Below are positions 26,400-39,405 of a stretch of 64,000 nucleotides of DNA, in pieces. The DNA is taken from assembly GCF_018977255.1 (NCBI RefSeq), contig NW_024704742.1, positions 17,238,001-17,302,000 of the forward strand, written 5' to 3'. The stretch's first letter is position 1; every line of letters starts with the position of its first letter. Under the pieces are notes generated by a model. It was given only the letters and a program-made list of their open reading frames with translations, was not told where the DNA came from and searched no databases. This DNA comes from Callorhinchus milii. Lineage: Eukaryota. Both the position numbers and the translations under genes were made by a program.

Positions 26400-27335
26400 C
26401 GTTACCATGTCTCTTGCTACCTTGTCCTCCCTTACCTCTCGGTCTCTGGTACCTAAGCCGTGACCGCCATTCCCACTCTCCACCCCGCCCCCCGCACTGT
26501 CTCCCTTAGCCCGCAAGCTGATGCTGCCCCGCTGATCGTTCGCTCCCGGTCTCTGCGTGTGCGTTTTGACTGCCGCCTCAACCCGAGCCGCTCCCTCTGA
26601 AAATGTTCCTGCTCCTACCCCCCACATTACTACTCCACTCTGTTTTTCTCACCCACTGCCCTCCTTGCCTTCTCTCTCCTAGACCCCACCATTACGTCCC
26701 TCTGCTCCAGCCTGAGCATCCTCCGCTACGCTCATCGTGGCTCCCAGCTTTGGTTGTCCCAGAGCAGCTTGCGTTTGTCACCTCGTGCTTGGATTACTCG
26801 AATGCATTTCTTGCCGGTCTCCCCAGCTCCACCATCCACAAGATCCAGCTCATTCATAACTCTACTGCCTGCATACTGACCAGGACCAAATTCCGTACCC
26901 ACATGTCACCAGTTCTGTCCAGGCTCCACTGGCTCCACATCACTGAACGGATCGACTTCAAGATCCTTACTCACGTGTTCAAATCCATTCACTCCCTGGC
27001 ACCTCCCTACCTCTCCGACATCCTCACTCCCTAATCCAGCACCCAGCGCCTCCGCTCAACTGGCACCGGCCTCCTGCTCGTCCCTCGCACCTCCACCCCA
27101 TCAGAGTTCGTGCTTTCAGCCACTACACCCCAAAACTCTGGAACACTCCCTCAATCCCTCCGCCTTGACCCCCCTCTCCCCTCTTTCAAGTCCAGCTGCA
27201 GACTTTCCTGTTCGACTTACAGCCACCTCCCACCTCCCCCCTCCCAGCTTGGAGTCAGGCTCCGCCACTGTTAAGCACTCTGAGATGCTACCCTGCATGG
27301 AGGGCCCTATATAAGTGTAAGTTGTTATTGCATTG
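26400..27335 (+). mobile_element. Internally deleted L2: 5' region fused to 3' end
   Basis: 26680-26768 resembles the pre-endonuclease region of the L2 near 7530-7620; joined at ~26769 to AFVTSCLDYSNAFLAGLP and a 3' tail. Confidence 0.7.
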
Positions 27336-27571
27336 TTGTGTTTACCTTTAGTTTAGTTTAGTCTTGCTTCCCTCCAAATCCAGAAAAACAGCACCCCATT
27401 GCACCATGTTATAAGGACTGTATTACTGAAAAAAATCTTCCATTTGATGTAGTCCCTTATCACAACAAAATGTCTTGAGGCACTTCACCCAATGAGTTGA
27501 AGCGTTCCAAGACGGCTTCCAGAGCGAAGCGCAGTATATAAATGCAAGTTGCTGTTGTGACTGGTGGTAAC

Positions 27572-27745
27572 TCAGGTCGATAACCTTTCGTCAGAACTCT
27601 GACAAAAGTTCTGACGAAAGGTCAACGATCTGAAACATTAACTCACTTTCCTCTCTCCATAGATGCTGCCTGACCTGCTAATTGTTCCCAGCAACTTCTA
27701 GTTTTATTTCAGATTTCCACCATCTGCAGTATTTTGCCTTTTGTT
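27572..27745 (+). mobile_element. Penelope-like terminal repeat with head-to-head hammerhead copies
   Basis: AGTTCTGACGAAAGGTCAACGATCTGAAACATTAACT at 27607-27643, inverted partial copy at 27572-27598, then the same ATAGATGCTGCCTGACCTGC...CATCTGCAGTATTTTG tail as the 9.2 kb copy. Confidence 0.72.
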
Positions 27746-30399
27746 GTTAATGTCGCCTTGTCCATTCCCTCCCTGCCTTAAAACTTATCATTTCAATCCT
27801 ATTTTTGGTTACCTTTCCTCCTTCCCCACCCTTCCCGTTACCCTCCATGTCATCTGACAGTCAGCTTTATGAAGTGCTTTGAGACATCTGCCAGACATGA
27901 AAGGTGCTCTAAATTGTTGTCGGAAATACCTTAATGAAACCCTGAACACAAACCTCTGCACTCAATAGCACAGTGGATTGGAACAGCAGCACACCGTGCT
28001 ATCAAGCTGCCTGATCCGAGTAACCTTTATGATTTCAAGCCCCATTGCTTAAGTATACCTTAATACAAAATCAAAGCGAGGTTCTGGATTAAAGTGGGAG
28101 AACAGAAAGCAAGGAAAGGACAATTTCTCCAGGTTTTTAAAGGAACTGTATGCTTTAATTAACACTGTTGGCAGCGGGACCATTAACATTGTGACTCCGC
28201 CATTGATAATCTGCTCATTAAAATCGCTCATCCTTCTGAACATGTGGGAGCCGAGCAAATTGGAGGCATTTGCTCCACCTACTTGTAGTCTTGACCTCGT
28301 TTCCGAGGCAACATGTAATAGAGTGACTTATACAATAATAAACCTACTGCACACGTCCCTTATAGTACTATGGGGAATACAGTGTGGGTTTGTGCTCAGA
28401 AATATCAATGAGGTATTTGATTTTCAAAAGGAAAAGTGCTAAACAGAGGTCTGGTTAATCCAAGAACAGATTATGAAACACCGATAATTTCACCCAGATA
28501 GTCTAAAAATGACAATCCTTGCATTTAATGTAGCTCTTTATTGCGAAAATTCTCACAGAGATTTACTATAAAGTTTAGTGACTGTATTTTGTAGGCAAAA
28601 GTTTTATATTGCAAATGATCTGGAGGGAACCAAAATCACAATGGTTTTGAGACCAAGAGATTAACAAGGAAAGTAATAATATAAAACTGAAGGATGGTGG
28701 GGGTTGGCAAAAGATAAAATAAGGCATTCCAGTCATTTAAAACAAACTGCTGATTGCAAATCAATAATAAAATTAATTAATTAATTAATTAACATTTTAT
28801 GTGCTGATTTTACTGTAAATCCAGACTTGATGCAAGATCTTGAAGCAGATTATTGACAGGCAAATCTCAAGTTAGTGCCTACATAACAATTTCTGCTATA
28901 TTTTAAGTCTGGTTATATAAGCAGCTCCTTTGCATTCTTGATTTACATTCATTTTCCTCATCCTAAACCAGGATTTAATGAGGTTTCAGACCTATAAATA
29001 GCTGCTTGACATCTTGATAACAAGAGTAAATGGCAAGGAAACACTGCAATCTTGACATGAGTGTAGCTCATGCTAAAGCAAGTTAAGCGGGTATTCCTGA
29101 TCCTTAACCAGCAGATTAAACTAGCTAGAATTTTTCTTTTGGTTGCAGGTTTTAAACGAGGTCAAGCATTTCACAGCTGTCAGACTCAAGCCCTTTAAAA
29201 TGCTGTATAAATAATAAAATATTCCATATCTCTAAATCTCTTGTTCACAGGATCACTTAGCATTTCATAGTCTGTGATACCAGATGGCCCTAGGAGATAG
29301 CAGACAGCAAAAGGCTTGAGTCACCAACGCTTTGAATAAGAGAGTGTCTGAGCCTCTCTTCAGTCAAGCGCAGGACTGTAAATCGCACTGGCTAATCCCT
29401 TCCGTCACTATGACAACGCCAATTTTTGATGAGCCTTCAAATTTCCTCCAAGTAAAGCAACAGGGAATTCAGCCATCTCCTCATCATGCAGTCTGCTGCT
29501 CAGTCACGCACAAGCCTCTCAAAGCCATACGCTGCCTGGTAACAGCAACTAGGGAATGAAAGAGCAGCTTAATTTAAGAAAACAAACTAATGGGAGTGGT
29601 GTTATTGATTAAATACTAATGAATTATCTTTAAAGAAAACCCTGATGCATCAGCAACACTACCAACCCCTTCCCTGTTTCTTAGGATAAGCAAACATTTC
29701 ATCCCTGGCATAACAACGCCCCAAGCCCCTCCACAGAGTGCTCACATCAGTGTCTTTCAGTTGCCATTTTATTTAAAAATTCAGAAAAGCAAAATCCTAT
29801 GATCACAGAGAGTGAGTTACAAGGCTGCATACACATCAAGCAGCTTCGAGATAATGTGAAATTCCACAAGAGTGGCTTCTACATGAGTCTGAAAGCCGGC
29901 TTCAGGCTGGTAACCGCCAGTGCGTTATTTAACAGAAAACAAGCTGTGCCTGAATAATAATAATCCTTAGATTTAGTATAGTTCCTTTAACATCAGGAGT
30001 AAGTCTTAAGCACTTCACTGTTAAAGTACGGTAATTGTGTGTGTTTTGTGGACAAACATGGCATCTAATTTGCCTGCAGCAATGTCCCTCAAATAGCCAG
30101 GAAACGAGTGAAAAATTTTATTGGTGGGATTGGTGCCCAGGCCAACAGCAGAAACTCCCTTCTCGAATCGTGCAGCAACAACAACAAGATTGCATTTGTA
30201 TAGCGCCTTTCACGTCAGGAGGACGTCCCAAAATGCTGGACAGTGTAATGTATTTCAGACCCGAGCTGGGGTCAGCGAGGGAGAAGAGAGGGGCGACTCT
30301 CCCGCCAATGGTGGGGCGGGTTGGTCGGGGAACGTGGAGCAGACCGTAGACGGTTATTTTATATTGTTATATAAGTTATATTGGAGTGCAAGGGATATT

Positions 30400-31880
30400 T
30401 AACAACAACAACAAAATTATATTTGTAAAGCACTTTTCAAGTCGGGAGAACGACCCAAGGCGCTGAATTGTCAGCGCCTTGGGTCGAGCGTGGGGGGGCA
30501 GGGTTGGGATGAGGGAGGGCAGAGAAGTAGGAGGACAGCTGAAGGCACGGTCAAAAAGGAGGATCTTGAGTCGTGCCTTGAAGGAGGCAAGAAAGGGAGC
30601 AAGGCAAAGGGATTCTGGGATGGAGTTCCAAAGGGTGGGGGCAGAGAGGCTGAAAGCCTGGCCGTCAATGTTAGGGCGGCTCGGACTGGGGAGACCTGGA
30701 GCAGGCCAACGCCTGCTGAGTGGAGGGAGCGGACAGGTTGATAGAGGGTCAGCAGATCAGGGATGTAGGAGGGGGCAAGGCATGGAGGGCCTCGAAAGTG
30801 AGGACGAGGATTTTGAATTCTATCCTCTGAGGGATGGGGAGCCAGTGGAGCTGGGCAAGGGTGCGGGTGATGGGGTAAGGGAGTCTGGTGCAGGATAGGA
30901 CACAAGCTGGAGAGTTCTGGATGATCTGCAGCTTGTGGAGGGAAGAGTTGGGGAGTTCCCGTAGTCGAGCCTTGAGGTGACTAATGCATGTATGAGTGTT
31001 TCGGCGGCCTGAGGGGTGAGGCAGCGGCTGAGTCGGACAATGTTGCAGAGGTGGGGGACGGCAGAGCAGGTCATGGCATGGATATGGGGGAGAAAGGACA
31101 GTTGAGGGTTGAACAAGACGCCCAGGTTCCTGACTGACATGGTGAGGTGGGGTGTGCAACCATGGATGCTAATGCTGCCAGTGCCTGAGGTGCTGGTGCA
31201 AGTCAATTAAGAGGGCCTTAGTCTTGCTGACATTTAGCTGTAGAAAGTTGGCTCCCATCCAGGACTTGATGTCAGACAAACAGTCTGTCAGGATATCAGT
31301 TTCCTGGATTCGAGGGTGGAGGCAGAAAGATAAGAGTTGGGTGTCATCCGAATACATGTGGAAGTTGGCCCCAAGTCTGCTAAAGATGTCATCAAGGGGG
31401 AGCATGTAGAGGTTGAAGAGGAGGGGACCCAGGACAGAGCCCTGAGGAACAACACACAAGACTGTGCGGGGGCTGGAAGAGAAACCGTTGGGGGAGACGA
31501 ACTGGAGACAGTGTGAAAGATAAGACCTGAACCATTCAAGGACAGAACCTTGAAGATTGAGGTGAGAGGAGAGACAATGGAGGAGGATGGATAGAGTTGT
31601 CCATGGTATCAAAAGCAGCAGAAAGATCGAGGAGGATGAGGAGGCAGAGGGACCCTTGGTCACAGATGGACAAAATGTCATTTGTCACCTTGACCAGAGC
31701 AGATTCCATGCTGTGAGCAGCACGCAAACCCGATTGGAGGGGCTCGTGAAGGAAGTGGTAGGAGAAGAATAAGCAAAGCTGGGAAACAAATACTCTTTCA
31801 AGGACCTTCGAAAGAAAAGGGAGGTTGGAGATGGGCTGGTAGTTAGAAGGTAGGGATGGGTCCAGGGAAGGTTTTCATCT
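30400..31880 (-). mobile_element. L2 LINE, decayed RT and 3' end
   Basis: LLDLSAAFDTMD, VPQGSVLGPLLFNLY, HMYSDDTQL, SRLDY; tail near 30400. A short deleted L2 3' end lies at ~30175-30345. Confidence 0.92.
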
Positions 31881-32179
31881 GACAGGCAAATAGAACATCC
31901 ATCTGACAGGCAAATAGGACCTTGATTTTGAGTCTCATCTATAGCCTTCAGACTCCCAGCACCACCCTGGAGTTTCAGCATGGACTATGAGAGGTTTAAG
32001 TCCTAACATGGGGCTTTAACCTGCAACCATCTAAGTTAGAGGCGAGAGTGCTACCAACTGAGCCAGATTGACACACCATGGACATGTCTACCTGGTGAAA
32101 GATCTACTTTTGTGCCCACATCTCTAGTAAACTGCAGAAGAACTTGAGAGTTGTCTGACACTGGAATTTTACATACAAT

Positions 32180-32390
32180 GATTCGGCACAGATACAGGCC
32201 ATTTGGACCAATTAGTTCACTCCAGTGCTTATATTCCACACGAACTACCACCTCTACAAACTACTTTGCTCATACCGTTTTATTCCCTTCTCATTTATGT
32301 ATGCGTCAGCCTTCCTCTTAAATATGTTGATGCATTTTGATTCACAACTTCTGGCAGTGAGTCCAACAATCACGACACCCTCTGCGTATT
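32180..32390 (-). mobile_element. CR1 3' remnant
   Basis: Minus strand reads IFKRKADAYINEKGIKRY followed by GGTCCAAATGGCCTGTATCTGTG, a CR1-type 3' end. Confidence 0.6.
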
Positions 32391-33309
32391 GCACACTTCC
32401 AAATGTAAATCCGTTCTTCGGCTGAGTTAAAGATACAATAGCACTGCTAGAAAAAAAGAAGGGAGTTTCTCCTGGTGTCCTAGCCAACAATCCCTCTGAT
32501 AATATTGGATAGTTTGTAGGACATTGCTATGCGAGAATTGGCTGCCTTGTTTGCCCACAAAACACACAGATGCTGCACTTTACACACTTCACAGTACATC
32601 CTGTGAAGCACTTTGGGAAATCCTCCTCATGTGAAAGACGCTATGGAATCGTAAATGTTTGTACACTAACTGACAAGCGGAAAATAAATTTGCCCTCCCC
32701 CCCACCCCCCAACCGAAGTTATAGCCAGCATAACTGTAACAGTGTCACACTGCAGTCTTCCCCTGCATCTTCAGGAACAAACACAGCTAATCTCTAAGGC
32801 ATCAGTCCTCAAAGCCGGTGCTGCCCAACACTGAGCACAATGTGGTGGTGGCTCTGCCTCAGGTATAGTGAGGATTTTGTCATTAAGTATGACAGTATGT
32901 GGTGCAGGAAACACATGCTGGGTGGATTGATTTGGCACTCGGTCTCCATGGCAACCATTTCCTGCTTCTATGATGCCTGTCTTTTTGATTAGAACTAAAT
33001 ATCGAAATATATTCATCTTAATTCCAGGTGATGAGCGATGGAAACCAGAATTGTTGACCCTGGGGCAGGCGGAGGCCTAGAAGACCAAGAGGTGATGTGT
33101 GAGGGTTGCTACAGAGACGTCCTAGTGTTGATCAGTCGATTCCATTTCACACAAAATACATAGTAAATCCACTTACGCTATATCCCTTGACCTTATTTGA
33201 GACATCATGATCACCTCGTAAGGCACTATATCAAATGCAAAAGATTATTATTATTCTGTCATCATATAGAGTTAATGTAGGATCTAAAATACCATAATTT
33301 CTGTTGGGA

Positions 33310-33680
33310 ATCATTGAAATCTTTAAAATTATGCAAGGTTTTGATAGTCGAAAGCGAGTAATTATTTCCACAGGTCGGTGAGCCAGTGTCGAGAGGGAAT
33401 TGATTTAATATAATTAGCAAGGGAGAAAAGGAGATTTTAGGAGAAGGTTTTTTTTACACAGAGTTGTTAGGGTGTGGAATGCCCTGCTGGATTGAGGTGA
33501 TAGTGGCAGAATCCATATTAGATTTCAAGAGGGAACTGGAGAAATATCTATAAAGGAATGATATGAAGGGCTATGGGAAAACAGCAGGTAAATGAATTTG
33601 AATGGACAGCTCTTTCGGAGAGCAAGCACAGATATGATGGGCCGAATGGCCTTCTGCGCTGTACATTTCTATGGTTCTAC
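33310..33680 (+). mobile_element. CR1 LINE 3' end
   Basis: TTTACACAGAGTTGTTAGGGTGTGGAAT (FTQRVV..W motif), GATGGGCCGAATGGCCT, TTCTATGGTTCTA tail. Confidence 0.8.
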
Positions 33681-34595
33681 ATAAGGAAACCAATGGGAAC
33701 GCCTTCCAAATCATATTCACATGTCAACCTAACAGAAGCAAACTCCACTGGGGATCAATACAATACAAATTTACATTAATTCAGTGCTTTTCATGTGGGA
33801 GGACATCCCAAACTGCTTGAAGTTGGACTATCAGAATAGGACTCCTTAAACCAGTGTAACATATTTCCAGCTTCAATATTAAAGAATCCTGTTGGAAATC
33901 TCTACATATTGGATCCCAGTACTAATGCGCCACAACCCCTGCCACACCAACATGGTGGAGTTTTAAAATGACACTCAGGCTGTTTAAGGAAGTATTAGCT
34001 CAAACTAGAGCTGGTGAAACTAACAAAAAGTTATAACAATTCCGTGGTAGGTACTTTTTAGCAACCATACTCTAATCTCTGGAAAACTGTGAGAAATTCA
34101 ATTTTTGGAGCTACATTTAATAAAATAAACGCAACTCTTTGAATACTTAAATAATATTTAAAATGTACATTCTAGACATGGTTTGGCAACCAACAAAGGA
34201 TTAAGAAGAGCACCCAGCCGCAAACACACACATATAAACAAGCCAGCTGCTGAGTGACAAACTTTACTGGGAGCAAGAACCCAGAAGAGACTGGATAAAG
34301 AGTTTCAGGCAACAATTCAAACTTAGCCGATTGGCCACCAAAATATTGAAGCCTGACAATGAACTGAGGAGGCTAAAGAAAATGCACTAAGGAAATTTGA
34401 GCTGTATATTTAACAAGACAATATCTAATAATTTTTGAAAGGAAAACCATGACATCAGCAGTTTTTTAAATAAAAATAAGCAATAAATCGGATTTTTGCA
34501 CTGCGTATTAACATGTATTAGATTTGACTGTTAGTGTGCAGGATGCCCTGGCCAACAATCCCCCAGATAAAATTGGACATTCATTTCATAGCTGT

Positions 34596-34906
34596 ATAAT
34601 AATAATCCTTGCATTTGATATAGCGCTTTTCACGTCTTCTCAACATCTCAAAGCGCTTCACAGAATATACTGTAAAGTGAATTGACTGTATAATTGTGGG
34701 CGAAACGCGGCAGCCAATTGTGCACAGCAGTATACCACAAACAGTCCTGGATTGAGTAACCAAATTATTATTGTTTTGTTTTCTTGAGGGATTATCATCA
34801 GGTGTGTGGAGTAAGGAAACTTGCCCAAGGTTTTGCCCTGCCAGGAGTCAAACCCAAGTCTTTTGCTTGCAAGGCGAGAGCTCTAACCACTGAGCTACAG
34901 GACTCC
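34596..34906 (-). mobile_element. Full-length tRNA-derived SINE inserted in an older plus-strand SINE
   Basis: Head GGAGTCCTGTAGCTCAGTGGTTAGAGC, Deu-like core, (TTA)n tail; host SINE halves at ~34545-34596 and ~34910-35050. Confidence 0.85.
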
Positions 34907-35289
34907 ACGAGTGTATGTGGAACACTGCTTTGTACAAAATGGCTGCCTCGTTCACCCACAAAATATGCAGTTACTGAACCTTGTAGTAAATCCTGTGAAC
35001 TATTTTGAGTAGTCCTCCTGACATGAAGTCTTATGTCAAATGTAAGAATAATTATTTTTATTTATTAATATGGTATATCAACTCAAAAGTATATCTCAGA
35101 ACTGTTGCGTTTCATCTACTCAGTATGATTTGATGTCTGTGAATCCTTATTGAAGACTGTGGAGAATAATGAACTTTTCAACTCAACGTTGATCGAAAAA
35201 GTCACCGATCACTGGTGACAGCTATGACCACAGTGAATCTGATGGTGTTCATTTCCGAGAGAAAGCATGAAAATAAGGAAAAGAAGGGG

Positions 35290-35870
35290 GCTAAGGATGG
35301 TGTCTTGGGGAACTCTGCAGGTGACCGGGTGGATAAGGGAGGAATAAAAAATAAACATTTGCAGAGATGAAATGATGGCGGTTGGTTAAGTAGGACTCAA
35401 ACCATGCGAGTGTGATCTCACTGATGTGGATGAGGGACGAGAAGCTGGAGGAGGAGGATGGCAGGATCGACTGTGTCAAACACAGAAGAGAGGTCTAGGA
35501 GGACAAGGAGGCAAAGGGAACCCTGGACGTGGAGAAAAAGGACATAATTTATGACATTAACAAGTGCTGTCTCTGTGCTGTGGGCAAGGAGGAAACCGGA
35601 TTGGAAGGGCTTAAGTTGGGAGTGGAGAGGTGTGAGCAAAGCTGGTCAGCGCCAATGCATTCCAAAACTTTGGCAAGGAAGGACAGGTTAGAAATGGGCC
35701 AGTAGTTTGTAAGATTTGAAGGATTGAGGGTGGGTTTTCAGTAATGACAGTGGTTTTGAGGGGAAGCGGGGCAGAATCTGAGAAGAGGAACTGATTGATT
35801 GTGACTTCCAGCGGGGGGCGGTGGAGGGCGAGTTGAGCGACCAGCAACTGTATGGGAGAGGGTCAAGGCA
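35290..35870 (-). mobile_element. Older L2 RT fragment
   Basis: FQSGFLLAHSTETALV, LLDLSSVFDTVD, WFESYLTNR. Confidence 0.85.
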
Positions 35871-35907
35871 GCATAATTAGTATTTAAGAAGTTGCATGGT
35901 TTTGTTT

Positions 35908-36435
35908 AACAACAACAAGATTACATTTGTATAGCGCCTTTCACGTCGGGAGGACGTCCCAAGGCACTGGACAGTGTACAGCATTTCAGACTCGAGCTGG
36001 GATCAGGGGGGAGAAGGAAGGGGAAGGTTGGTGACCGATGGCATGGTTGAAGAAGAGGGTCTTGAGGCGGGACTTGAAGGAGGCTAAGGAGGGGGCGAGG
36101 CGGAGTGATTGGGGGATGGAATTCCATAGGTTGGGGGCAGAGTGGCTGAAGGCTCTCCCGCCAATGGTGGGGAGGGGAACGTGGAGCAGGCCAGAGCCGG
36201 CTGAGCGAAGTGAGCAGGCGGACTGGTAGGGGGTTAGGAGGTCACAGAGATAGGGTGGGGCGAGACCATGGAGGACTTTGTAGGTGAGGACCAGGATTTT
36301 GAACTGGATCCTCTGAAGGATAGGGAGCCAATGGATTCGGGCGAGAATGGGGGAGATGGGGTCACGGAGTTTGGTGCAGGAGAGGATATGGGCTGCAGAG
36401 TTCTGGATTATCTGCAACCTGTGGAGGGAGGAGTT
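35908..36435 (-). mobile_element. L2 3' fragment
   Basis: QIIQNSAAHIL, IHWLPILQRIQFK, GGRAFS; (TTG)n tail. Confidence 0.9.
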
Positions 36436-37916
36436 TCATTTATTACTATTAATTTTCTGGCATACAAGTCAGTTATATCCATCAGATCCTCTCCAGTGTG
36501 ATTTATTTTTATCTAACAAAAATAAGGCCTTGAATTTCATGACTTTATCAATAAATCTTAAACAAGGTAGTTTGTTTTCCATTCGGTCACATTGGCCAGG
36601 TAATGTAACACATTTTAAAATTGTGTTCATATTCCATAAAGCCACAAAACCAAGGGGCTGTAATCTCTATAAAATTGGCCACATCCTGAATCTTACCAGA
36701 GGAAAAAGGGAACTTTTCTTAGGAGGAAATGAATTTGCGAAGCCAAAATAGGATTTTAAACGACACAGAAATTAACGCAAGACTACAGCAGACGGATCAG
36801 TAAGCCAACAAGGAAACCCACAAAAATAAAATCACCAAATACGCACAAAGGCTTCAAGAACTGTGGAAAACTGGCTTCCAAATTGAGACCGATTTTAAGA
36901 ATTTTCCAAAATGCCATATGATCTTAGATTTTAAGACAACAGAAATCTTGATCTTGAAGATACATTGTGATGAGATAAGCACTCACTGCAGAGTGGACCT
37001 CTTCTCACTATTCTGAAATTAGAAGAGAAAGAATCGATATGAGGAGCACAGATGGTATGTGCATAAGAGGGATTTTGTAGACTATGCAGTGAAACATGAA
37101 ACGGATGAATGTTCTATATAAGAACGTAGTGTTATGGAACCGTCCAAATGGGTGAATACCAAATGAAAGATTAAAGCTTTTACTATTAAGAAGCAGTAAA
37201 AGCAGCTGTGTCTGTACGAAGTCTGTTTGTGTCTGACGGGATTTAACAACAACAAAAATGGGAGCTCCAGAGGTGGTTCTCTACTATGTTGAAATTCAGA
37301 GAACTTCGAGTGAGCAGAGGGTAAGCAGTAATTATTAACAAAATCAAATCAATCCCCACAATTACAGATGTCACCAACATCTGCTAAGTTACCGGCAAAC
37401 TGAGAATTTGCCTCCAATTTTCATTTTTAATCAAGTTCAGGGTAAACAATGTGTTACTTGCTGGTGAATTTTGTTCTGTGCTATTATGATGGGATTTGCC
37501 ATTAACAGCACGAAATTCAATGTGCTGCCAATGCGTAAGAGAGAGTTTTGACTAAACAGTCAGATCAGCAGTGAGCTTCTGAATGCGTTAACAATATATC
37601 ACAACATGCGGATAAATGTAAGATAATCCATTTATCATAAGGAATTGGTAGGTATGGGTGTTGCGTGGAATAATGCCCATTAAGCAGTCAGATAAAGAAG
37701 ATGATCTTGTGTGACTGGCACCCATACCTTGAAAAGAACACAGAAGCATTGGAAATAGCTCAAAGACTAATGAGGATGATCTCAGCCTTAAGGGACTAAG
37801 TTGTAAAGAAAGATTCCTACATATTAGTTTATTTTTGCCAAATAATAGACCAACATGAAACATAATTCAGGCATTTAGAATAATAAACTACACAGATAAA
37901 GGTTATGTTAGCAGGA

Positions 37917-38285
37917 TAACAACAACAACTTGCATTTACATAGCGCCCTCCATGCTGGGCAGCGTCCCAAAGCGCTTAACAATGGTGGAGCCCGATGCCA
38001 AGCCAAGGTGAGGGGGAAGGTGACTATAGGCACAGTTGAAGTGGAAAGTCTTCAGACGCAACCTGAAAATGGGGAAAGTGGGGGCAAGGCGAAGGGATTC
38101 GGGAGGGAGTTCCATAGCTTCACGGCATAGTGGCTGAAGGCATGACCACCGATGGTGAAGTGGAGGATTCAAGGGACAAGGAGAAGGCCGGAGCTAGTAG
38201 AGCGAAGGCATCAGGTAGTGCTGTGAGGAGCGAGGAGGTTGGAGAGATAGTGGGTCCCAGGGCGTGGAGCAAATTAAGCACTAGG
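37917..38285 (-). mobile_element. L2 3' fragment, second subfamily
   Basis: 3' end GGGACGCTGCCCAGCATGGAGGGCGCTATGTAAATGCAAGTTGTTG. Confidence 0.75.
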
Positions 38286-39134
38286 GATATTGATAGGTCA
38301 GCAAAAGCTTACAGGCATTGAACTCCCCCCTCCCACCACCACCCACCCCAACACACACACACACGCATACACCCACATATACTCAAGGTGAAAGATGCAT
38401 GGAATGAACTGCCAGATGAGGTACTGTACTTAATTCTGAAAGACTTGACAATGTCTTAAAAAGGGGCCTGAGCGAATATCTGTTGAGAAGGATGATCAAG
38501 GCTTTGAATATAGTTGCAGTTGGATTACCATAGGGATGGTAAAGGAGTAAAGAAATCTTGAATTAAGGGATCAATAGGAGGATGAATGAAAACATGACCT
38601 TTCTACAGCTTGTCACACATTGCACGCAATTCAAATATAATTGCTGGCATTCAATTTCGAGATAACAATTTCATGTGATTCTAGGAAAATGACGCACAGA
38701 ACTTTGATTATGCAAGATTGAGGCAAACCTTTGATAAGCAATCACTTTCCTCCTAGACTGGTTTAGAATTGTGCATCTCACTCGGTTCTGGTCTAAACTG
38801 TGCTCTTCCCTGTTTGGTGTCCAACCCTTCCACTGCACAGCACCCCAATACATTATCCTGCGTGAAGAGCGCTATATAAGTGCAAGTTTCGCCCATAAGT
38901 ATACAGTCAATTCACTTTACAGTCTATTCTGTGAAGCGCTTTGAGACGTTGAGAAGACATGAAATCAAGTCAAATGAAATCAAATGCAAGGATTATTATA
39001 TTATTATTATAAATTGTTGTTGTGGCTAATCTGACTTTGTCCTTTTATCATAAAAGCATATTATCATTTTCAAAACTGTAAAGCTCCCCATTTGTACTAT
39101 CCATTATGTTCCCAGATTGCTTTCCTATAGTTTT

Positions 39135-39405
39135 CGGTCTCGCACCACACTGGGTCAGACAGATATCGCACAACATTGTCTGACTGACATCATATAATAT
39201 TGTCTGACTAACATCATATACCATTGACTGATGTTGTATAGCATCGTGTCTAACCAACATTGCACTAGTGTTTACCACATGTCTGTTAGTCAGACATAAT
39301 TTAGCATCATGTCACTCAAACAAAATGTGGTGCGATGCCCACAGTGAAATACAATGTGGAACAATGTCTGTGATTTCTGTCAATCAGACACAATGTGAAG
39401 CATTG
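39135..39405. repeat. Degenerate ~24-bp minisatellite with inverted units
   Basis: TCRYAYAAYATTGTCTGACTRACA-like units, then reverse-complement copies (TGTTAGTCAGACA, ATGTGGTGCGA). Confidence 0.55.
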
